This document shows positions 15,001-24,000 of a stretch of 64,000 nucleotides of DNA, piece after piece (positions within the stretch are counted from its first letter, which is position 1; each line of letters begins with the position of its first letter). Location of the stretch: positions 25,050,001-25,114,000 of the forward strand of contig CM119371.1 in the NCBI GenBank assembly GCA_051294905.1, in the 5' to 3' direction. Source of the stretch: Botryllus schlosseri. Taxonomy: Eukaryota. The notes beneath the pieces were generated by a model. It was given only the letters and a program-made list of their open reading frames with translations, was not told where the DNA came from and searched no databases. The translations under genes and the position numbers were made by a program.

Positions 15001-18000
15001 GTGATGATTTCATTCTCTGTTGTTGGCTCAATGAAAATTGAGTTAGGTTGTGGCCTACCTAGGTATTTCTTGTAGGTTCTAGATAGCACATGTTTATCTG
15101 CAAGATTTTTTCCAATGTTCGCAAAATATTGATTAAACACATTGCATATGTCTTTCTCAGCAGTAATAATGACATCGTCATTACTGATTTTCGATGGAAA
15201 TTTTTTTGGTTTGGATGTTTTGAATAATCGATTTAAGAGATTCCAGATTTCTTGTTGATTTCCTTGGATCTTCTGGAATTGGTCCCGATAATAATTGCTT
15301 TTAGATTTTTTCTTCACTTTGGTAAGAATATTAGTGTACTTTTTGTATAAAATTATTTTATCAGCATTGCCTGGCAAAAAATGACTTTTATATAGTTTAC
15401 GTCGAGTTGCTATAGATTTACGGATTGCATGAGTGAACCGAGGTTTGGTCGAGAACCGGCGTTCTTTGCGCGTTAGTTTGCGAAGCGGTGCGTATTTGTC
15501 CAAAAGTGAATTAATCAAACTAATGAATGAGGTAAAGCATTGGTTAATGTTATTGGGTTCGGAACTGCAGACGAGTTGTAGGTCAGTTAATGCTTCAGTA
15601 AGTTCGGATGAAAACAAATCAAGTGAGAGTCTTCTATAGTCGCGAATAAAATATATTTTAGGTTTAACTCCTGGTGAGGTATTAGCAATTTTACAGAATA
15701 CTGGCAGGTGATCAGATATGTCACTGATTAATATACCAGAGTCGTGCTGAGAATAGTTGTTTGTAAAGATATGATCAATCAGCGATTGAGTCTTTTGAGT
15801 TATTCTAGTAGGGTCATTTATCAGTGATTGACAAGAATAGTTAGTTATAAGATCGGCTAATTCACTAGAGTATTTATTTGATGTTTTAAGAAGGTCTATG
15901 TTGAATTCTCCTAGCAGGTAGAATGTCTTATGCTGTGCAGTAAGCTTTTCTAGGCAATTCTCAAGAGCTTCAATAAACTGAGCCAGTGGTTGGTGGGGGT
16001 GTCTATAGATAGCTCCTATGACAATATTAGATCTTTTTTTTTTTCAGATCAAGGGGGTCTCTATCCAAAGTTCTTCACAACTTTTGAGTTTGAGATCAAA
16101 TTCAGTGATAGTTTGAAATTGGATACTATTTCTAACGTAGAACCCCACTCCCCCAACTATATATGGAGAGTTCGCATTTATGAATGAGTATTCATCTAGG
16201 CCAATTTCATATGGTAGGACAGAGGCTAGTCGAGTTTCACTGATTGCAATTATGTCAGGTTTATGACTAAGATCTGAAATTATTGAGGAAAGAATCCCTA
16301 TGTTCCTAGGTAGAGATCTCACATTTGCATGTAATAATAACATAGAAGGACTATCATCAAACAAACAATTGAGGTTTTCAATGTTATGATAACTAGTACT
16401 AATAGGTAGGTTCATTCTCGGTGACCAAACGTATTCTTGTGAAAGTTGCACATTGTCAGGCAAAGAAAAAGGTAATATGGAGTTAACGCATTGAAAACAA
16501 TAGTAGTTCTCTTCGAATAATCCAAGATGAATAAATTGAAGAATAGTCAAATTACTACACTTAAGATGGAGCCAAGAATCACATAAATCGCAGTAAATAG
16601 CTCTCTGATTTGATTTACAGGGTTGTCGGCAGAAGCCGCAAGGAAACCTAATAGGCATGGCTATCAGATAATCTCATCATCATAGATACACTTTTTCGTA
16701 TTATAAGAAAATGTTGTACCTTGATAAGTCCTCATCATTTTTGATTGACATAGCTCGTTCATCGTCATTCTTTTTCAGGTAGGTAACTCCATGTCTTGTC
16801 CAAATGTATTTAAATGCATTGGCTTTTTCATACTTGAGACAGGCATTGAATCTTGTACGGTTTGACTTTGTGAGGCTTTCATTAATATAAATTTCTCGTT
16901 CTTTATGTAGTATTGATCTGTTGCTGAAGATTGCGTCTCTGACTCTCCTCGAGCAGAATTTGGGTAGTATGATCGGATCTGGATAGTCTTCGGTGGGTTG
17001 CCCAAGTCTGTGGCATACACTTATGTCATGTTTGTTGATGTTCACTTCCAATTTTTTTGCTACAGTGATTACTAGATCGTCAGTACATTGATTCTTGTTG
17101 TAGGGAATTCCTTTTATTTCTATACATTCTCTTCTTCCATACTGGTCAAGGTCATTGATTGCTCTACATGCTTCATTATTGGAAGACTGTAGGTCGTAAA
17201 CCATTTTCCTTAGTTCACAATTTTGAGATTTGATTTCGGATAGTTCCCGGTTTGAGGTGTCGAGTTTGTTTTTGATTTCTTCATACTTGGCGCTTAGGAA
17301 CTCAGCACTCTTTTTAAGTTCTTGCACTTCATTCATCAGATAAGCAAATTTCTGTCCAGTTTGATCTTTTTGTTCGTCAATTTTCTCTGTCAGTAAATCC
17401 AGCTTGGACAGGATGGTCTCATAATCCACATTTTTCTTGGTCCTTTGTGTCATCGTCATTATTGGTATATATATAGGTTAGGGTTGTTCAGAATTGACCG
17501 ACTTTCAAAAAGTCTAGGTTTTCAGTCCGTTTCCCATGCCTTATACCTTAAAAACAAATTCTGGCAACTTTTTTTTGTAATTCATCCCCTGCATCCGTGT
17601 GCACATTAGGGTTGTCCAAAATTTGGAAAATCTCAAAAATGATGGGTATCAATGTCTCATTCTATAGATTATTGATAAAAAACAACAATGGGCCTGGAAT
17701 AAGCTCACAGGAAAGTCGTTAAGATTTGTCGCAAAGCGTTTGAAAGTAGCTACCAACAAGTGGGCGTACCAGCGACCATAGAACGGCAACAAGACTAGTA
17801 ATCACAAAATCACGGCTCTCGATTGGCTAATTGGCTATGCTTCAATGATCACGACGGTGGTGCCTTGCTGATCCGTTGTTCAAGGATCGAGTCTGCTAAC
17901 GGCGGTGATTCTGTAAGCGCGTTGTAGATTGGTTGGCAGATAATGATTTAGGATTAATTCAGGACATGTTGAGTTACTAAATACACGACGATGAACATTG

Positions 18001-21000
18001 AACAAACAACAGCTGCTTCACATAAACTTAAAGCATGACTGGCTTATTGTGAAGGAAACCGCAGTAGCCCACATGTCTGTTTTGACCGAGGGAAAGCGCA
18101 GAAATATCGCAAAGGCGCTTATGCAAGTGGCGAACGCATTTCTTGTTTCAGAAGGGATGCATCATCATCAAATACAAATATAAATCTTAACAATGACACT
18201 ACTTTGTGTGATCTTATTGGGCTCCAGCCGTGCTATATAACTGAAGTCCTGAATGCTCTAAGGATTGGCTGAATCAGCCGTTTATGCTGGCGACTTATTA
18301 AACTCTTGCAGCAAAATGAATTCACTCGTAAGTGCTGTCAAAGTCGCCAATGATGACGTAGAAAGAGGTGTAAAGGTAAACACAGACTATGCTGGTCTGA
18401 CCAGCAAAAAGACAGTCTGCTGGTATATCTTAGCATGTCCTGAATGAATCTTGAATCATTACCGGCTGGAACACTACAAATGCTGGAATCAAACCAGACA
18501 TGGATATAAAACGAGCTTGAAATGCATTGAAGCAGTGCGATAGTTACGAGCTTGAAATGCATTGAAGCAGTGCGATAGTTACATTTCTTCGGGATCCAAT
18601 ATATAGGCTATCACGTCGGCCCGTATAACATCTTCTGAGCAGATAAGATTCTGTGCGGCATCCATCTCACATATGGTGTGCTGCAACAGTTTGCGATGAC
18701 TAATATACTTCACTCACGCCCAGAAAAGTAGGAGCACTGTCCCACCGCCGTTTAACCTAGCTGTCATGCCTGCAATTCTCTAAGGATAAGCTATACATGA
18801 AACCTGTCTTTCTAATGGTCATACCATCATAGTCTGTTCTTATACCTTTTCAACTCTTTGTGCGGCATCATTAACGACTTTGACAGCACTTACGGGTAAA
18901 TTCGCTTCGTTGTAAGAGGCTAAAAAGTCCCCAGCATAAACGACTGTTCCAGCCAATTCTTAGGGCATTCAAGACTTCAACCACGACTGTAACCTAATAA
19001 GATCAGTCAATGTAGTGCCATTGTTAAAAGCTTTATATCTGTATTCAATGATGATGCATCCCTTCTGAAACAAGAAATTGGTTTGCCGTTTTCGCCACTT
19101 GCATAAGCGCCTTATTCGCAATATTTCTTCGCATGTTCTGTGCTTTCCCTCGGTCAAAACAGACATGTAGACTACGGCGGTTTCCTTCACGGTGAACCAG
19201 TCATGCTTTAAGTTTGTGTGAAGCAGCTGTTGTTTGTTCGTCATCATGTATTTAGTAACTCCACACGTCCAGAATTAGTCTTAAATCATTATCTGTCAAC
19301 CAACCTACAATGCGCTAACAGAATCACTGCCGTTAGCAGACTCCTTTAACAACTGATCTGCAAGTCACCATCGCCGTGATCATTGAAGCATAGCCGATTA
19401 GCCAATCGAGAGCCGTGATTTTGTGATTACTAGTCTTGTGGCCGTTCTATGGTCGCTGGCACGCCCACTCGTCGGTAGCTACTTTCAAACGCTTTGCGAC
19501 AAATCTTAACGACCTTCCTGTGAGCTTATTCCAGGCTCATTGCAGTTTTCTATCAATAATCTATAAAATAAGACATTGATACCCATCATTTTTGAGATTT
19601 TCCAAATTTTGGACAACCCTAGTGCACATAGAGCTGGAAGAATATCAGCTGAAAATAGGGGATTCCCCTAAAATCTGAGTGTCACGATTTTACCTAGCCT
19701 TGGTAAAGTGACATATAACATGGATTTATGCAGCTGTTGCGGTTTGGAGTGCTACAAAAGCCCACTATATAAGGTATTCGTAGTTCAGGATATCATTTCC
19801 ATGTCCCACACTGCCTTAGAACTGCTCAAAACTACCTAAAACTGATAGTCATTTTGTTGGATCACATATCCTACACCCCTCAAACATACCCGACACTGTT
19901 CATCAATTTCCTGGATCCCCATGTGCAAGAATACAACTGTAAATGTAACATCCACTCACAGCCACATAATAAACATCACAGGAAACGAAAAAATAAGGCA
20001 AAGAACGAGATCAACTTGGCAAAATATTGCATAAATCAGGTGGATGAAATGGTTGCTTTCGAAAAATCTGCATATCTGTTCCGGTGATCTTCCACAGCTT
20101 GTAGGAGGCTCGCTCGCTGTTTTTTGTCATCCGTTATGAACGCAGCATAGTCGGTATTCAATTTTACCGTACGCTCTGCTGCATCATTAACTACTTCAAC
20201 AGTATTCACAAATTCTTCAGCAGTCACAAAATCCGGATCAGTTTGCCATTCCGAAACTGGAAGACTCAACCAATCATGTTCCACATGTATAGCATCAAAT
20301 AGAAACCACGATTCTGGCCCAATCAAATCGACCATACTCATTAACTCAGAGACAGAGTCAGAGATCAGACTGAGAGGCATATATCTGCGAAATTTTTCAG
20401 GGATTGGCATTTTCAGCAATTTAGCAGCCATCGCTTCCTTCAGTTTGTCAGGAATCTTTGGATTAGCCGAGAACATGGTAAATACCACCATTTCCTCAGT
20501 TAAATACTAATCATGTTTTCGCAATTTCTTGTATGCCACATCAGCAACAGTGAGATCGCATAATGAAAAGTTTTTCATGTCATGAAGGAAGTTGAGATCA
20601 TTCCAAGGTGCGTCACATGCAATACCAGTTTTCAACCAAGCTGGAACATAAAACAAACCAATGAATGTATTGATTCGTTCCAACTTTTCAATGAACTCTT
20701 CAGAATAGTCCATTTCCTCACTCCACATGAACATTTTTTGACAGTACAGGACTTGACTCATACATCTAGCGCTATGAGTAGCACCAGGCTTGCGAAAACG
20801 ATGATCAACATATTTGTCATCCAAAATCGCCAGGGTGCCTGTTGCACATTCTCTGTAGTCATCTCTTATCATGACTTTTTTCTGCTTTCCATCATTGGGT
20901 TTCATCAGTGGAATTATTTCTTGCTTTACTTCATCAGCTTTCATCGCCAACCAGCTGCCTTCAATAAACTTCAGCGTTTTATAGCTTCTTGATTTATCAA

Positions 21001-24000
21001 TATGTTTCCTCTTCTTCTTGAAGGTATTAAAATCCGTGTTTTCAGGGCCTGTGGTTGTCGATTTAAACAAACACTTCCAAACCTCTCGAATGACCAGTTC
21101 ATAAATATGATGGCGACAGGCATTGTAGAAAACTTTCCTGTTAATCAATTCTTCAAGTAACGGAACCGCACCTTTGTTTTTACCAGTGTTTGAGGATGTT
21201 GTGTCAAACACAAGAGCTCTAACAGATTTTGTTAAATTCCAAAGCTCCAGCAGCTCAAATGATGCATCAGCCTGTGCTTTCCCTGTAGCACTCTCCAGAG
21301 TTTGAATGCCAAGAAGTTTCCCTTTCTTAAATGCGCCGGAATACGCAGACGATGCGAGCACTGCCAAGGCCTCAAATTGATATCCTAGACGACTCTTAGT
21401 GAGCTTTTCATCCCAGTGCAATGCAATGTGCTCTGGTGGATTGGTGGATATTTTTTCAAAGATAGATTCGGAAATTTTCAAACGATTTGCAATGCGTCGT
21501 CGATAGGCCCCAGATCTTGAAAGATGGAAGTCATTAGGGTTGCCATCGCAAGCTTTAATCAGTGCTGCAGTTATCATGGTAGCGGCATTATCACTGACTT
21601 GCAAGCGATCAAAAACCTGGCATAGGTCTTCGTCACTGAATAGGTTTAAAGGAGCTTTTAGAGTCACAAATTCAGCGGAATGCCCAGATGTCGACTGTGC
21701 AAGTTCAAAATCAGTGCTGTGAAAAGTGTCAGCTACCTGTGAAGATACAGATAAGCTCTCTGTAAATTCACCTTCGCTACTTGATGCTGGTTCAGACTCT
21801 CTTGCACTCATGGTCCGTCTCTTTTGTTGCATGGTTTTCACTTTCAACAGTTTATCTTTGCCACCGATCGTTGCTAATCTCGGACCCCTTTGATCCTGAT
21901 AAAATGCTATGTCTTCACGTTTTTTATCGTCAGAAAGAAATCTACTAGCTTCAATTCTCGCTATCGCGTCAGGGGCTCCTATATCCCTAGCTTACTCAGT
22001 TTAGCTTCAAAGTCGCTTTGTTTTTTTGATACATATTGCCGGCCTGCAGTTTTCTTTAGTGACAGCCATTGTTTCCATAATGTTTCCAATCTTTTAGTGG
22101 CATTGACTTTTGTGATAGTCTATATGCCAGCAAGTAACCAAAAACCGATCACTTCATCTACTGCGATCTGGATGTGTGACTTGACTGGTTCATTTTAAAA
22201 AAATGAATGCTCTCTCAGGTGTAGCACATATTGCATAACTTGCCTCAGAGTGGGCAACTTCGATCCCGTAATGGCTTCCTCAGATGGCCCAACTAAGAAA
22301 TGCTGTGTCTGCAATCGTGTTCTTGTAGTTTTCTTCGGTACTGCTGCACTAGATGACGATTTTCTTTTTTTTTCAGACATTTCGCACTACAGCTAATCCT
22401 AGAAAAACAGATATACATAAACTCAGTCAAGCAACAAAGAATAGTGGAAAACATTTCAGTTCTTTTAGAGTTTTAGGTCGAACACATACTTCATAACTTG
22501 CACAGGAGTAGCCAGATTAGATCCAGTTATAGATTATCGAAGATAGTTATTCCTAAATTGGAAAAACTCATACCAGTATATTGATATCTTGGGATATAAC
22601 AAAAAATTTAGAGCAACCGACTGGCGGTTTCCCCAGTCACTGGAATAGACATTTGCAAGCTTTGTTTCTATCCCAGTAGAAAGGAAAAGAGTATCAGGTC
22701 TATTATATCAAATAGTTGTATACTGCTATAATACTATGTTCACTAATCACGCGCTAAACTCGCTAATAGCATGAGTCAAAACGCCGCCTGATAAGTCCTG
22801 CACCTCAATCGTAAACACAGTCCATCAACAACAAAGCAGCAAGGCACCTGACTAATCAATGATCCCCGTTTCACAGCCGTGCGCAGCGCTTCATCAGCGC
22901 TAGAACATACGCGTCACGTCAATGAGAACACACGCCATTCCTGTCGAGTCACTGACAACGGGGGAATCCCCTAATTCCGAATAAATTTTTAGGTGCATGA
23001 GAAAACGGCAATGTGCACACGGATGCAGGGGATGAATTACAAAAAAAAGTTGCCAGAATTTGTTTTTAAGGTATAAGGCATGGGAAACGGACTGAAAACC
23101 TAGACTTTTTGAAAGTCGGTCAATTCTGAACAACCCTAATGTAGGTATATGTTTCTTATCATAATCAATCAAGGGAACAGCAATAAATATAGTGGCACGA
23201 ACGAGGGGGAAAACCGTCAAGATAAAATGTCGAGTTCAATAAATCTGCCGCGACTTATGTAAATTTACAAAGATTAACGAAAAGCCTGGGTGGCAAGGAA
23301 TCTTGCGCCTCCTCTGGCTACGCTAATGCGTCGGAACTGACTTATTTGCTGTCAACATTCCAAATTCTGCTGTCCTCATAATGAAATATTCGGTAGACGT
23401 TGCAATTTCACACTAACTTACATGGGTAACTTGATCTGTTATTATTTATTTCGAAAATTACAGCTCTGGTCACGAGTTGGCAGACCCTCACATGGACGAA
23501 CAAAGATTCATAAACACTCTTGAGCGACAATGATGTCAGTAGTGGGATAGGACTCTATTAACGACTTTTCATAGTATCAAGTCACAAATGCGATAAAATA
23601 ACAACCACAGAATTGACTGTCAATGTAAGAACCCTGCTAATACCAACTTTCATTTCGAATAGGTTCAATGACACGTCGATATTTAAAACAAGAGTTAGTC
23701 AGACCGACAGAGATCGAATTCTCAACTGGTTCGGCTTGATGAGCAACGGTACAAACCATGTGGACGTGGACAGGTAGAACCGAACCTATTTGCTAATCAT
23801 TACGTTCAATTCTTGTTTGATTCACGCAGAAGCACACAGTGGGCTAAACTGAGACGGCTTCTCGCTCAACTCAGTTCCAGTAGCCCCATCAGACCGACCT
23901 ACGAATTCGGATACTACTCAAGCCACACAGTGTGTCTCCCAACATTGTTTCCAGATCGACAAGACACTTCGTGGGTGTACTCGTTTCTTTTCCTGGTGCT

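Larger units (their letters stand above)
13087..17478 (-). mobile_element. CR1/L2-group (Crack/Daphne-like) non-LTR retrotransposon, near full length; 5' UTR probably continues at ~23147-23270 beyond the hAT insertion
   Basis: ORF1 plus ORF2 (PHD, APE, RT); 3' end AATAAA followed by a (TC)n tail at ~13087-13125. Confidence 0.9.
17479..23138 (-). mobile_element. hAT-superfamily (hATm-like) DNA transposon with 128-bp TIRs and a decayed transposase
   Basis: TIRs 17479-17606 and 23011-23138 (TAGGGTTGTTCAGAATTGACCG...) appear identical; 8-bp TSD ATATAGGT/ATGTAGGT; sub-terminal palindrome GGGGATTCCCC on both sides. Confidence 0.9.

Noticed and set aside
16030..16050. Programmed read-through or frameshift in LINE ORF2
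   Set aside because: A single copy cannot distinguish this from ordinary mutation, and the other lesions indicate decay.
20582..22198. + strand ORFs overlapping the transposase
   Set aside because: They are antisense shadows of the transposase frame with no recognisable motifs.
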